This document shows, piece after piece, positions 19,509 through 29,599 of a stretch of DNA of 64,000 bases. The notes beneath the pieces were generated by a model that ran no database searches, had not been told where the DNA came from, and saw nothing but the letters and a program-made list of their open reading frames with translations. The DNA comes from a virus, in the IMG/VR virus record IMGVR_UViG_3300042197_002147, positions 92,712-156,711 of that record. One strand, written 5' to 3'. Made by a program: the position numbers and the translations under genes. Position 1 is the first letter of the stretch. Every line of letters begins with the position of its first letter.

Positions 19509-19882
19509 CTGATTTCACTCAATATTTTGTCTATCCTGTGGTCTGTCTGAATTAAACTGATGTTTACTTCTGGTATTGATTTTGGTAAATAGTTTAAATA
19601 GTTCAAGAATGATTTTAGTTGTGGATGTAGGTCTTTTCCTAACTTAAAAAACAAAATCCTACAACAAGCTTCTGCTCCAAAAACATTTTGTAAGATTATT
19701 ATGTGATTTAAGATTAATCTTTCTTTTAATTCTCCACCTTTTCTGAATCGCAGTAGTAATCTTTTCACATATTTAATTTTACTTAAATCTTCATAAAATT
19801 CATCTATACCACCTGAACTCGGATTGGAATACATTTTAGTAGCAAATAATAAAAAATTATCAGAGTTCAATGCATTTTTCAT
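19505..19882 (-). CDS. Conserved T4-like phage hypothetical protein
   Basis: EFYEDL..IKYVKRLL...ELKERLILNHIIIL.NVFG. Confidence 0.7.
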   Translation of the reverse strand: MKNALNSDNFLLFATKMYSNPSSGGIDEFYEDLSKIKYVKRLLLRFRKGGELKERLILNHIIILQNVFGAEACCRILFFKLGKDLHPQLKSFLNYLNYLPKSIPEVNISLIQTDHRIDKILSEIR

Positions 19883-19908
19883 AATTTAAATAACACTTTT
19901 ATTTTTAT

Positions 19909-20763
19909 TCAATCAATGTGACTTTTAAAATTTCTAACCAAATCGGTGACTACCCTTGACTTTTCTTTTTGTGTCAGAGATATTTTTTTATCTCCAGAGT
20001 TCATTTTTCGCATTGCTGTGTTTACGACAAAATATAATTCTTTTCTTGCATCGTCTAAACTCAATTTACCTTTTTTCTTTTTTTGCTTCAAATGATTATA
20101 AACTGGCATAAGAACTTTATTTTTTACTTCATTATTACGCATGATAAAATGCATGACTGATCTTGCTGGATCTTTTTCCTCTTGGAGATGATCTACACTT
20201 TCATCTAATTTAGCAATTTTTTTTGCTTTTTCTTTTGTCGAAAGTGATCTTTTCTTTTCTGGTTCTTTAACCATGGCTTCTTGAACTGGTGCTGGTGCCA
20301 TTTTTGACAACTTACCAGACATTGAGTACAAGCAAGTTCCTTCGTTGTATTCTACATTGACAACCAAAGCGAGTTTTGGTAAGTCTTCTCCTCTATTGAA
20401 TCCCTTTGAGAGATCAGTTGTTGGAGTTGTTCCGAATGCACCTCCATGTAGTTCAACTGGAAATACATTTTGCCCCGGATTTAGTGGAGTTTTCATGTTA
20501 AACTTAAAATCTAAACCAGCGTGATTTAGTCTAGTTCTTAGTTCTACGAGAGCGGCGGCCGCTTCTTCCTGCATATACTCACCGGCCAGGAATTTATGAA
20601 TAAACGCATTTATTCTGGAAATTGAACCACCTTCTCCTATACGGTGAATACCAAAATCGTTAAAAGCGGTTCTGTTTGGATACTCAGAGAAACCATTAAA
20701 TACAGAACCACCTACTGCGTAACTTTCTGCTAGTTTAGATAATATTTGTTTGAACTTTTTCAT
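19909..20763 (-). CDS. Late protein with CTS-like N-terminus (MKKFKQILSKLAE)
   Basis: Upstream TATAAATA and AGGAG. Confidence 0.65.
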   Translation of the reverse strand: MKKFKQILSKLAESYAVGGSVFNGFSEYPNRTAFNDFGIHRIGEGGSISRINAFIHKFLAGEYMQEEAAAALVELRTRLNHAGLDFKFNMKTPLNPGQNVFPVELHGGAFGTTPTTDLSKGFNRGEDLPKLALVVNVEYNEGTCLYSMSGKLSKMAPAPVQEAMVKEPEKKRSLSTKEKAKKIAKLDESVDHLQEEKDPARSVMHFIMRNNEVKNKVLMPVYNHLKQKKKKGKLSLDDARKELYFVVNTAMRKMNSGDKKISLTQKEKSRVVTDLVRNFKSHID

Positions 20764-20789
20764 TTTTTCTCCTGCTATTCTATTTATAA

Positions 20790-22799
20790 TTACTTTTTCT
20801 TCTTCCCGCCTCTAGCGCGAAGGGTTAAAAATGTGGCAATTCTGTGTTTTGATTCTTCTTCTGTGTCACCTTTTATTGGTTTTGCCTTTACTTTTTTTGC
20901 AGTTCTATCTCTTTTTCTTATTTCTCCCTTTGTCATCGTGCCAGCATTTGATGAATTTACTATTTCTTCTTGTACAAATTCTTCATTTGCCATTTTTTTG
21001 GCATCTCTGGTTGCGATTGCATAAATTATATTTTTTGCTCTTGGACCATATCTTAATTTGAATTTACCTATGTGTTTTTTAAGTTCCTTCACTCTTTGCT
21101 CTTTTGCTGCTGTTTCTTCTGGAGACAAAACTTTTTCTGCTAGTCTTCTTCTTTTAAACATTTTTATAGCGTCTTTTACAGATTTAGATGATTTTGGTGT
21201 TGGTGTTATAACATCAGGTAATGCCATCATTTTTGTATTAAAGTGCATTATTGGGTCATATCCTGCTAAGTTTGGATTTACCTCATCTCCAACCTGTCCT
21301 GTTGCAAAATTTCCACCCATAGACATTACTTCACCCAACATTGCTTTGTTGCAATCTTGACATGCCTCTTCGCATCTGCATCCCCAAACGCGAAGTGCTG
21401 CGTTTATTTTACTCTTTGGATCTCTTGCAGTTTTTGCGCTTGTTCTCTTTCTTTTCATTCCACACATTCTTCCACAAAAAGACTTTCTTCTTTTTTGTGT
21501 TTTTCCTGAAAGTTTGCTAAAACCGCCCTTCTTCTTTGCTTCATCTTTTGTTTCGATTCCGGCATGAATTCCTTGGCGTCTTGCTTCTGCTCTGGAAAGA
21601 CCACCCTCTGGATGGTTTTTACCTTTTTTAAATCCTTTATATGGTTTTGCAGATTTTTTTGCTTCCATTATCACTGATATCATGTCTTTTATAATTGATT
21701 CTTTCATGTGTTTTCCTCTAAAAGTTACTAATCTTCTTAATGTTTCTGTATGTTCTGGTTTTAAATCGGAATATCTCCCTACATGAAGTCCAGTTATTGA
21801 ACTTATTGGATTTTGCACTGGACTTCCATGTTTTGCTGGTGATCCACCCGCACCAACAGGGTGACCAGTTAGCATCTTTCCTTTTCTATCTATTCCTGTT
21901 ATTCTCATACCTTGGGCGTGTTGCTCACTGCCTTTTAGCATAACTCTCGCTACAACTGGAATATTTCTTCCATATTCCTTTGATAATTTTTCAGCATATG
22001 CGAGTGCTCCATGAATACGGTCGTGTGTATCCATGTCTGCTATATCTCCTCTGTGAATTTTGTCTAATAGTCTTTTTCTGTAATTTTCTTGAGATTCTTC
22101 TCTTCTTTGGGCCATTTCACGAATGAATCTCTTGGTTTTTATATTTTCAACTGCCTCTTTTACCGATTTCCAACCACCGCCCTTACTCTTATACCACTTA
22201 GCAGCCCATCCATTTGCATATGCAGATGGATAAACATCAAATTTTGATTTTGCTGCCGCTTTTGCTCTTGCCCACAATTCTGGATTTGTTGGTTTATTTT
22301 TCTCGAATAGTTGTTGAACAGATTCGGATATTTTTCCTTTTCCAAAATTGGAAACATTTACAGGTTTTCCACCTTTTCCCTTGCGATTTGCTACGGGATC
22401 ATGCTTTCTTTTTGCCGCCACAGCCGCAGCCCGTTCCTTTTTTGTCAGTTGGCTTCTTTTCTTGTTTGACATACATTTTGGTTTGGGTTCCCCCGGTTTT
22501 CTCGCGCATGGTCCTACCGCCTCTCCCTTTGAGTTGATTCTTTTCCATCCACCATCCGGGTGTTTTGGATTGAACCAATTTCTTAAATCTTCTTTCATTT
22601 CTACTTTTTTCAGTCTAGAGTAATAATCTGGTAATTCACCAAGATGATGTAATGCAATCATTTTGGCGATATTTGCTTTGGTGGTGTGTTCCTTTTCTAT
22701 TTTTTTACCCATTGCAAGTTGTTTCATTATTGTTTCTAATGACACATCGTGTTTCTTTGCAATGTTTTTTGGCGATTCTGGTTTTTTAAAGTTTTTCAT
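20790..22799 (-). CDS. Multi-module basic virion-associated protein
   Basis: Concatenated modules common in large phages (EKEHT..DYYSRL; EDLRNWF; FDVYPSAYANGW; RRKSFCGRM) separated by xxE sites. Confidence 0.7.
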   Translation of the reverse strand: MKNFKKPESPKNIAKKHDVSLETIMKQLAMGKKIEKEHTTKANIAKMIALHHLGELPDYYSRLKKVEMKEDLRNWFNPKHPDGGWKRINSKGEAVGPCARKPGEPKPKCMSNKKRSQLTKKERAAAVAAKRKHDPVANRKGKGGKPVNVSNFGKGKISESVQQLFEKNKPTNPELWARAKAAAKSKFDVYPSAYANGWAAKWYKSKGGGWKSVKEAVENIKTKRFIREMAQRREESQENYRKRLLDKIHRGDIADMDTHDRIHGALAYAEKLSKEYGRNIPVVARVMLKGSEQHAQGMRITGIDRKGKMLTGHPVGAGGSPAKHGSPVQNPISSITGLHVGRYSDLKPEHTETLRRLVTFRGKHMKESIIKDMISVIMEAKKSAKPYKGFKKGKNHPEGGLSRAEARRQGIHAGIETKDEAKKKGGFSKLSGKTQKRRKSFCGRMCGMKRKRTSAKTARDPKSKINAALRVWGCRCEEACQDCNKAMLGEVMSMGGNFATGQVGDEVNPNLAGYDPIMHFNTKMMALPDVITPTPKSSKSVKDAIKMFKRRRLAEKVLSPEETAAKEQRVKELKKHIGKFKLRYGPRAKNIIYAIATRDAKKMANEEFVQEEIVNSSNAGTMTKGEIRKRDRTAKKVKAKPIKGDTEEESKHRIATFLTLRARGGKKKK

Positions 22800-23425
22800 T
22801 TTTCCCTCGACTGTTCATCAAGATAAACTTCTATTTGATTTCTTGCGTTTGTTATTTCTTTAGCATATTTTTCTGGATCAGACATGACATTTTTTGCTTT
22901 TTGAGGACTGCACCACTGAGACATAATATAACCACAAATCATGTTTTTGTGGTGTATTGGAAGAACGCAGTAGCAATGAATGTTTGCAGATTCAAACGAG
23001 TGTTTTCCAAAACTATCTTTTTGATTTTTTACCAAACATGGCAGTGGGGAATTTTTTGTTACATCTTCAATAAGTGGAGTAAATAGAGATATCAAGAGAT
23101 TGTTTATTTTGTCTCCTTGTGCAGACACACCCTTTGACACGGATTCATGTGTGCAAGACATTTTTCTCATTGAAACTCCATCCATAAAATACTCTCCATT
23201 GTGGAACTGAACCAGTTGAACTCTTGCAGCATCCGTCAAAACTCTTAATTCTGTCAGACATTCATGAATGTTTCCATGAACACTCCAAATGTCTGTTATG
23301 AATTTTTTGTTTTTTATTTTGATGTTTGTTAAAAATTTATAAACAAATGCTCCAAAAACAGCAAACAAGGCAATTCCCAATTCAATCCAGTAATTAAAAC
23401 TTACTTCTGGTAACGGATCTGACAT
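22796..23425 (-). CDS. TM plus GAF-like domain protein (T4 holin T-like architecture)
   Basis: N-terminal TM; RVQLVQFHNG...KMSCTHE. Confidence 0.5.
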   Translation of the reverse strand: MSDPLPEVSFNYWIELGIALFAVFGAFVYKFLTNIKIKNKKFITDIWSVHGNIHECLTELRVLTDAARVQLVQFHNGEYFMDGVSMRKMSCTHESVSKGVSAQGDKINNLLISLFTPLIEDVTKNSPLPCLVKNQKDSFGKHSFESANIHCYCVLPIHHKNMICGYIMSQWCSPQKAKNVMSDPEKYAKEITNARNQIEVYLDEQSREK

Positions 23426-23432
23426 CAAATTC

Positions 23433-26351
23433 TCACTTCTTAGACCTGTTATGACTCTTGCTTACAACTCTAAGATTTTTCATTGAGTTGTTGTTTGGAT
23501 TGCCGTCTTTGTGGTCAACATCTCGGCCATCTCCCTTACGAATACGCCCCAAGCGTTTCATAAGACGGTTTACTTTGTTTCTTTTTGCTCTATTCTTTTT
23601 TTGTTTTTCTGTTCCTTGATAATTATCATATTCTTTTCTGTAATTTCTTTTCTCTGCTACAAAGTTTTTTGCAAAGGAAATATAGAACTCTTGTAAATTC
23701 TTTTCTACTGGAATTTCGTGTTCTGTATTTCCAATTTTTACTGTGTTGTAGAAACCAGATTCTACTTTACCAAATTGAGTAAAGTCTATGTCTTGTGTGG
23801 AAATCATTTCTGGTTCAAGTTCTAAAAATTGCATCAAAGAGTAAATGTCTCCACCTATTTCATTTTGAATTCCGTCCAGTAATTGTGATGTTTCTATGGA
23901 ACTTATTACATTTTCTGTTATTAAACCAGACAACACTGGATTATGAGAAAATGATTCCTTTGCTATTTTCTTGGGATTCAGAACCATTGATATTACACTC
24001 CAGTATGAGTAAACTTTTCTTCCGGTTTTTCTTCTTATTGCTTCTGCTTCAGATGATTTAACAGAACTGCTCTTAAATCTTATGACAAAATTTAAAGCAT
24101 CTGCAACTTTATCTGCATACTCTGGTGTTATTTGTGATAATGATGTTTCTGTTCCATCCTTGTTCAATGAAAGAACATACTGAGCAACAGCGGGACTAAT
24201 TTTTTTCGGATTTCCTGTATCGAATTTTGCCATTCCGGTAAGTGCTTCAAATACAAATGCTTTTCGGAAATCTTTACTTTGAACGAGTAGATCTTGTAAT
24301 TCTTTTCTTGCTTCTTTGTGTAGTTTGTCATATTTAATAATTTCTTTGTCTTGTCCTTCCAATTCACCACCAGTAAGGAAATCCGTTATGTCTCCTCCTG
24401 CGGTTCTTCTTGGAGAATTGATCAAATTCTTTAATGATTTAATTAGCGATTCTGCTCTTTTCTTTATTTTTGGTTCTAATTTTTTCTTATCCATTCCTTC
24501 AAGAGCAGCATAAATTGTTGCGGTTGCCTCGCCTCCTGCTTTACCGGACATCAACTGAGATGGTCCGCATTTTACGGAGACACCGACAACTTGACCAGAG
24601 TTCATGTCTCTGAACAATATGTCAGACTTTGGAGTATTATCAACTCCTCCATAGTTGGTCCAGAACTTACTTAATTTTTCTGATTTATTTGCACCATAAT
24701 GAATTGCAGCAAAATTTGCTCCGGGATAACTTGTAGAGAGTTGTTCTGAAATTGCTTGTAAAGTTCTTTGGGAAGATTCACCCAAAGTTGTGCTATTTGC
24801 CAAATATTCTGCTGCTTCCGGGGAAATAAGTCCCTCTTTGACTTGTTTTTCTAGAGGAATGCCCATTGCCTCGTTGAATGCGGCAACAACACCGAATTCC
24901 ATGTCAACCGCGGCGTGATCTGAGTCTGGGTAAGTAGATTTACCAGTAGATCTTGTTGGTGGTGGTTTTTGTGGAACCATTGCTGCCTGAACGGCTTGAT
25001 CTTTTTGCGTTTCTTGTGCTTCTGCTTTTTTATTTCTTTTTTCTTTTCCAGAATCAGCACCTTCTACTTTACCGAACAACTCAATAGATGTTGGTGTGTT
25101 TACAAAGTCTTCATCCTGTAAAATTTGCTCTGCTGCACTTTGTGTCATCTTGTCTGGTGGGACCAATATTCTATGGTTTGCTTGCAGAGATGTTTTTCTT
25201 ATTATCATTTTGTTTTCATCATCATCCTGAACAATCAAAACTTGACCAGAGAAAGGATTTGATTGTCTAACTGCATCATCTTTTGCTCTTTGTTTTCTTT
25301 TTCTTGCATTTTGATCTCTTCTTTTTTCTTGTTGAGATTTTTGTTCAATTAACATTTTAAAAGCATGAAAAAGTGGACTTTCTCTAAGTGGTGTTTTTCT
25401 GTTCATTTGTGCAAGTCTTTTTGATTCACCAGAAACGACTTTCGGTAAAATTTGTTTTACCATTCTTGTTAGGATTGGTCTTCTTTTGTTTATTGCTGTG
25501 TCGATTCTTGCTCTTTGAGCATATGATAACTTTTTCCAATTTCCCTTAAACAGTCTTTTTCTGAGAGTTGTTTTTATTTGACTTGTTGCTCTTTTCTTGA
25601 GTTGTTTGATATTTCTTCTTCTCTTTTTTCTTAACTTTCTCAGAAATGCTCTTCTTTTTGCTGTTCTTCTTGCAGACCTTGCAAGTTTCATTCTTCCCTG
25701 TGCCGAAACAGTTTCAGTCAAAACTTCTTGATTGTTTGCAAATTCTTGAATTTCTTCAAATGTAAATGAAGGAAGAGAAACATAATCTTCCTTAAGTTTC
25801 ATTCCTTTTCTTACATCTTTGAATAATTTTGTTGCTTGTGTTTTTGTGACATGACCGGGTAATCCCATCCTAAATGCCTCAAAATTTCCCTCAGCAGCAG
25901 CTTTTCTTTGCTTTGTTGCAGACATTCCAGCAAGACCTTTTGCTTGCTCTCCTCTTTCTCCTCCAGCAGTTACTACCTTAAAATTTTTGAATTTGAAATC
26001 ACCTTTTTTCTGGTAGTGCGGAACTTTATCGAATATAGATTCTCTGTCAGAACCAGTGACTACTGTAACATCTTCATATCCTTGATCACTAACATGTTTT
26101 AAAGCATGAAATGGTGATATGATATCATCCGAAACATGAACATTCGGTGTCCCAAGAACAGATGCCATGTGCTTTGCTTTTGTTTTTGGATCTAATGGAT
26201 TTTTCTTTGGATCTTGACTTCTGCTACCATAAATTCTGTGTTCAGAACCAGTTTGTGAAGCTAATTCCATAACTTTCTGAGCAAGCAGATGATGACCAGA
26301 TGTTGGTGGGTTGAATCTTCCAAATGTTATTACAATTGATTTTTTTGCCAT
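23433..26351 (-). CDS. Cytidyltransferase-like / PD-(D/E)xK-like / HNH multidomain protein
   Basis: FGRFNPPTSGH and MSAT; TPKSDIL..VSVK; DVDHKDGNP.NN...NL...HNR. Confidence 0.75.
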   Translation of the reverse strand: MAKKSIVITFGRFNPPTSGHHLLAQKVMELASQTGSEHRIYGSRSQDPKKNPLDPKTKAKHMASVLGTPNVHVSDDIISPFHALKHVSDQGYEDVTVVTGSDRESIFDKVPHYQKKGDFKFKNFKVVTAGGERGEQAKGLAGMSATKQRKAAAEGNFEAFRMGLPGHVTKTQATKLFKDVRKGMKLKEDYVSLPSFTFEEIQEFANNQEVLTETVSAQGRMKLARSARRTAKRRAFLRKLRKKRRRNIKQLKKRATSQIKTTLRKRLFKGNWKKLSYAQRARIDTAINKRRPILTRMVKQILPKVVSGESKRLAQMNRKTPLRESPLFHAFKMLIEQKSQQEKRRDQNARKRKQRAKDDAVRQSNPFSGQVLIVQDDDENKMIIRKTSLQANHRILVPPDKMTQSAAEQILQDEDFVNTPTSIELFGKVEGADSGKEKRNKKAEAQETQKDQAVQAAMVPQKPPPTRSTGKSTYPDSDHAAVDMEFGVVAAFNEAMGIPLEKQVKEGLISPEAAEYLANSTTLGESSQRTLQAISEQLSTSYPGANFAAIHYGANKSEKLSKFWTNYGGVDNTPKSDILFRDMNSGQVVGVSVKCGPSQLMSGKAGGEATATIYAALEGMDKKKLEPKIKKRAESLIKSLKNLINSPRRTAGGDITDFLTGGELEGQDKEIIKYDKLHKEARKELQDLLVQSKDFRKAFVFEALTGMAKFDTGNPKKISPAVAQYVLSLNKDGTETSLSQITPEYADKVADALNFVIRFKSSSVKSSEAEAIRRKTGRKVYSYWSVISMVLNPKKIAKESFSHNPVLSGLITENVISSIETSQLLDGIQNEIGGDIYSLMQFLELEPEMISTQDIDFTQFGKVESGFYNTVKIGNTEHEIPVEKNLQEFYISFAKNFVAEKRNYRKEYDNYQGTEKQKKNRAKRNKVNRLMKRLGRIRKGDGRDVDHKDGNPNNNSMKNLRVVSKSHNRSKK

Positions 26352-26381
26352 ATTCACATTCCTGTATCATATTTATAAATG

Positions 26382-26410
26382 AAAAAAACCGGAAAACATC
26401 CGGTTCTTTT
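26382..26410. terminator. Intrinsic terminator (possibly bidirectional)
   Basis: A-tract, AACCGGA/TCCGGTT stem, T-tract. Confidence 0.55.
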
Positions 26411-26431
26411 GGTAAATGTGCCTTTTATCTT

Positions 26432-26812
26432 TTATTCTTCTATTATTAGGTCTTCGAACACTTCACCGACATAAGTATGTCCTTTATATGATTTTCTTTT
26501 TCCATTGATAACTTCATACATTGCTGCTCTGGAATAATCATTTTTTCTGCAAAAATCAGTCATATTGTGAACTTTGACCGTTGCATTTTCTTTCAAAAAG
26601 ACAAAGAATTTGGTATTTGGAACTACTGTTTTTTTCTTTTCTATTGGTTTTTGCACTTCTTGCCAAGTCCAATGTCTTTGCTTAACAAATTCTCCACCAA
26701 AATCATTTATAAATTGCTGTCTCCATATTGAGGATCTTGCATCATCATTACAAGCGACCCATGTTGGTGTGTTTACTCTATTTACATGCTCTTTGATAAG
26801 ATTTTTTCTCAT
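26432..26812 (-). CDS. Hypothetical protein with NUMOD1-like HTH tail
   Basis: FCRKN...MYEVINGKRKSYKG. Confidence 0.55.
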   Translation of the reverse strand: MRKNLIKEHVNRVNTPTWVACNDDARSSIWRQQFINDFGGEFVKQRHWTWQEVQKPIEKKKTVVPNTKFFVFLKENATVKVHNMTDFCRKNDYSRAAMYEVINGKRKSYKGHTYVGEVFEDLIIEE

Positions 26813-27474
26813 TTTGTTTCCCTTTCATATAAATCAATTGCATCTTTTAAATTAGAAACATAATTTATTACAGGTTCTTCAAATATCTGAAGTATTCCAT
26901 CCTCCGATGCTATTAATATTTTCAATTTTTTAATTTTTTCACCAGTCATTTCTTGCCACATTAAAGAATATGCAGTTGCTTGTAAAAAATAATTGTCAAT
27001 ATCTTCTTTTCTTTTTGGTCGTGTGCTTCCCTTAAAATCAATAATAGATAATTCTCTATCGTGTTCCGCAATGCAGTCAACTCTTCCGGCTAATCCTAAA
27101 GTTTTGCTCCAGAGAGGTGTCTCTATGCATCTTATGTTGTTTATTTTATCTACTTCTGGTTTTATTGTAAGAAATAGATCTTTTAAATTATCATCAAAAC
27201 CAGATCCATTTAAATCTATTTTTACATTTAAGAGATAGGTTTCAACAAGAGAATGTAATTTTGTTCCGCGAGAGCAAACTCTTGCAGACTCTTCTGGATT
27301 ATTTTTTCTCCACTCAGCAAAGAATTTTCTTTTTGACCACCCTGTTACTGTTGTAACTGAGGGAAAATTTCCATCGGGAGTGTTATAGTATCTTTTACCG
27401 GATACTTCTTTGCTTTCGATATCTAGAGATGGAATTATTGGTTCTAAATGTTTAAAATTACCACAAACAATCAT
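26809..27474 (-). CDS. PD-(D/E)xK exonuclease (Cas4/RecB-like)
   Basis: PSVTT, RGT.LH, AGRVDC, IIDFK, Q..AY. Confidence 0.88.
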   Translation of the reverse strand: MIVCGNFKHLEPIIPSLDIESKEVSGKRYYNTPDGNFPSVTTVTGWSKRKFFAEWRKNNPEESARVCSRGTKLHSLVETYLLNVKIDLNGSGFDDNLKDLFLTIKPEVDKINNIRCIETPLWSKTLGLAGRVDCIAEHDRELSIIDFKGSTRPKRKEDIDNYFLQATAYSLMWQEMTGEKIKKLKILIASEDGILQIFEEPVINYVSNLKDAIDLYERETK

Positions 27475-27501
27475 TGTTAAATTGTATCACTTTCTTTATT
27501 A

Positions 27502-28551
27502 TCAATCAACTTTTTTTACAATAGAATTTACTTCGGATTTTAACTTTGCACCTTTTCTAGATTTTAGAAATTTGTTGACATGTCTGTTGACCATTGAATT
27601 TAGATTATTTTCTGCTAAACCATATCCAATTGGTCTAAACATTTGTTGTGCTCCATAATAACCAAAGGCCGGATCTATTGGTTCTCTTCTTCTTTGTGAC
27701 ATGGTTGGTTGTGTGCTTTGACCCACCAAGTTTGATCTAGTTTCTGCGCCAACTGCACCCAAATATTCTGGTTCTCTTATTCTTATTGGTCTACCGGAAC
27801 CATCATCATCAGAACCAAGTAACTTACTGGCTCCGTAACCCAACAAAGCAAGTCTTCCGTATTTTCCTAGTTTTCCTAGTCTTCCTGTTTTTGCCATTTT
27901 GTCTGTTACCCTTACTCTCTGTATTGCTTTTTGTATAGCAGTTTTTTGTGGTCTTGCTATTTTTGTTTGTGGATACTTTGGAGGCAATTGCATATTACCT
28001 TCTCTATAACTAGATGCCATTCTTTCATTTCTTGATCGTGCAATGTTTGCTCTTACTGTTTTTTGTATTTCTGCTTTTGCTTTTGCGGCAGCAGAAACTG
28101 CTTGGGCTCCTTGAGTTCCTGCTTTTGCCGCATCAACTGCATTTGATGTTGTTTTTGCTGCTGTGGCAGCAGCGTCAGTTGCTTTTGCGGCAGTTGAAAG
28201 TCCTTTTGCTGCTTTTCCTAATTTTGCCGCACCTCCAGCAAATGGAATTACACTTGCGGCAGCCATTCCACCTCTCATCGCAGCATCACCATATTGTCCT
28301 TGTACGACATCAACCGCTCCACTGGCAAGATCCATCACAGCACCAACTCCCTGACCAACTACTGGAATAAAACTTGCACCCGCAGATACAACATCTGCAT
28401 AATTTTGAATTGTGTCAACTATACCTCCATCTTCTTCATCGTCTTCTGCGGAAGCTATGAATTTATATTCTTCAAGGTTTTTGCTCTCACTCAAGTAATT
28501 TTTTTGAGTGTTTGCTTGTAACCAGTAAAGATATGTTTCTTTGTTATTCAT
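27502..28551 (-). CDS. Protein with pre-toxin PT-TG-like hydrophobic domain
   Basis: ASFIPVVGQGVGAVMDLASG...GQYGDAAM...AASVIPFAGGAAKLGK. Confidence 0.65.
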   Translation of the reverse strand: MNNKETYLYWLQANTQKNYLSESKNLEEYKFIASAEDDEEDGGIVDTIQNYADVVSAGASFIPVVGQGVGAVMDLASGAVDVVQGQYGDAAMRGGMAAASVIPFAGGAAKLGKAAKGLSTAAKATDAAATAAKTTSNAVDAAKAGTQGAQAVSAAAKAKAEIQKTVRANIARSRNERMASSYREGNMQLPPKYPQTKIARPQKTAIQKAIQRVRVTDKMAKTGRLGKLGKYGRLALLGYGASKLLGSDDDGSGRPIRIREPEYLGAVGAETRSNLVGQSTQPTMSQRRREPIDPAFGYYGAQQMFRPIGYGLAENNLNSMVNRHVNKFLKSRKGAKLKSEVNSIVKKVD

Positions 28552-28851
28552 TCAACCTCTCCAGAGTCTGCCAGTGTTTGTTTTTGTTTTTTCTAGTTTA
28601 CCGTGATACTTTTTGGACAAACCAGATTTCATTTTGTTCATTAGTTCTGACCATCTTCCTCCAGTTGCTTTGTCTGGAGACATTGTTGCATCGCTTCCAA
28701 GACCCGGTAACAATGTTGAAAAATCTTTGTTTATTTTCTTTTTGTTACATTTTGGGCATTTATCTTTTGTGGGCAAATCTCTTTCACTTATTTTTAAAAC
28801 TTTTTCAAATTTATAATCACACGCTTCACAAACATAACCATAATTTGGCAT
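28552..28851 (-). CDS. FmdB-family zinc-ribbon protein
   Basis: MPNYGYVCEAC...CPKC. Confidence 0.8.
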   Translation of the reverse strand: MPNYGYVCEACDYKFEKVLKISERDLPTKDKCPKCNKKKINKDFSTLLPGLGSDATMSPDKATGGRWSELMNKMKSGLSKKYHGKLEKTKTNTGRLWRG

Positions 28852-28853
28852 TT

Positions 28854-29120
28854 TTAACCCTCTTGTGCTTTCTGCTGAGCTCTTTGTACTCTTCTTTCCA
28901 AATCTCTATCAATTGTGTTCATTTCCGGTGGAACTTGTTGTCTACCGAAACCATTCATTCTTCTGTCAAATGTAGATTGACGAGCTTTTCCTATTGCATT
29001 ATTTCCTTCTGGAACATTTACTGCAAATGGACCGCCTTGTCTCCTTGCAAGAAGTCTTTCCTTTTCGTTTTGCACTGCGTTTCTTCCAACATTTGTTGGT
29101 GTGAATCTTTGATTGGCCAT
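28854..29120 (-). CDS. Hypothetical basic protein
   Basis: ORF with GAGG RBS. Confidence 0.6.
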   Translation of the reverse strand: MANQRFTPTNVGRNAVQNEKERLLARRQGGPFAVNVPEGNNAIGKARQSTFDRRMNGFGRQQVPPEMNTIDRDLERRVQRAQQKAQEG

Positions 29121-29123
29121 TTG

Positions 29124-29492
29124 TTACCTCTTTTTCTTTAATCTTTTTCCGATTATGTCTCTTACTCTATTTCCCAAGATTCTCATGTTTGTGCTTTTTT
29201 GTGCGCCATATATTTTGCCTGCTTCTTCGGATGGACTCACACGGCGACCAGTTTTGCTGCTTTGACCCCGAACTGTAGATGTGAACATATCTTTCATTGC
29301 ATTTAGGGCGCGAGCGGAATGTTGTGGGGATTTTGCATTTACCACTCTTTCCATTGAGTTGTGTAACAAACCTATGTGCCTTTCGGCATCCATCATATTT
29401 TCTTTATGTTTTGTTCTCAATGCACGAATTTTTTGGTTTGCTATATCAACAACTTTTTGTGCATGTCCTCTACAAATATCTGGTATTGCCAT
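29124..29492 (-). CDS. Hypothetical basic late protein
   Basis: Upstream TATAAATA and GAGGA. Confidence 0.6.
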   Translation of the reverse strand: MAIPDICRGHAQKVVDIANQKIRALRTKHKENMMDAERHIGLLHNSMERVVNAKSPQHSARALNAMKDMFTSTVRGQSSKTGRRVSPSEEAGKIYGAQKSTNMRILGNRVRDIIGKRLKKKR

Positions 29493-29523
29493 GATCTTAT
29501 CCTCTTGGTATATTTATAAAAGA

Positions 29524-29552
29524 AAATGCGCCGATTTACCATCGGCGCATTT
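29524..29552 (-). terminator. Hairpin terminator
   Basis: AAATGCGCCGAT/ATCGGCGCATTT 12-bp stem. Confidence 0.55.
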
Positions 29553-29599
29553 CCCACCCACATATATTCTATTGTCCATTGCCGTTTATATCTATGTTT

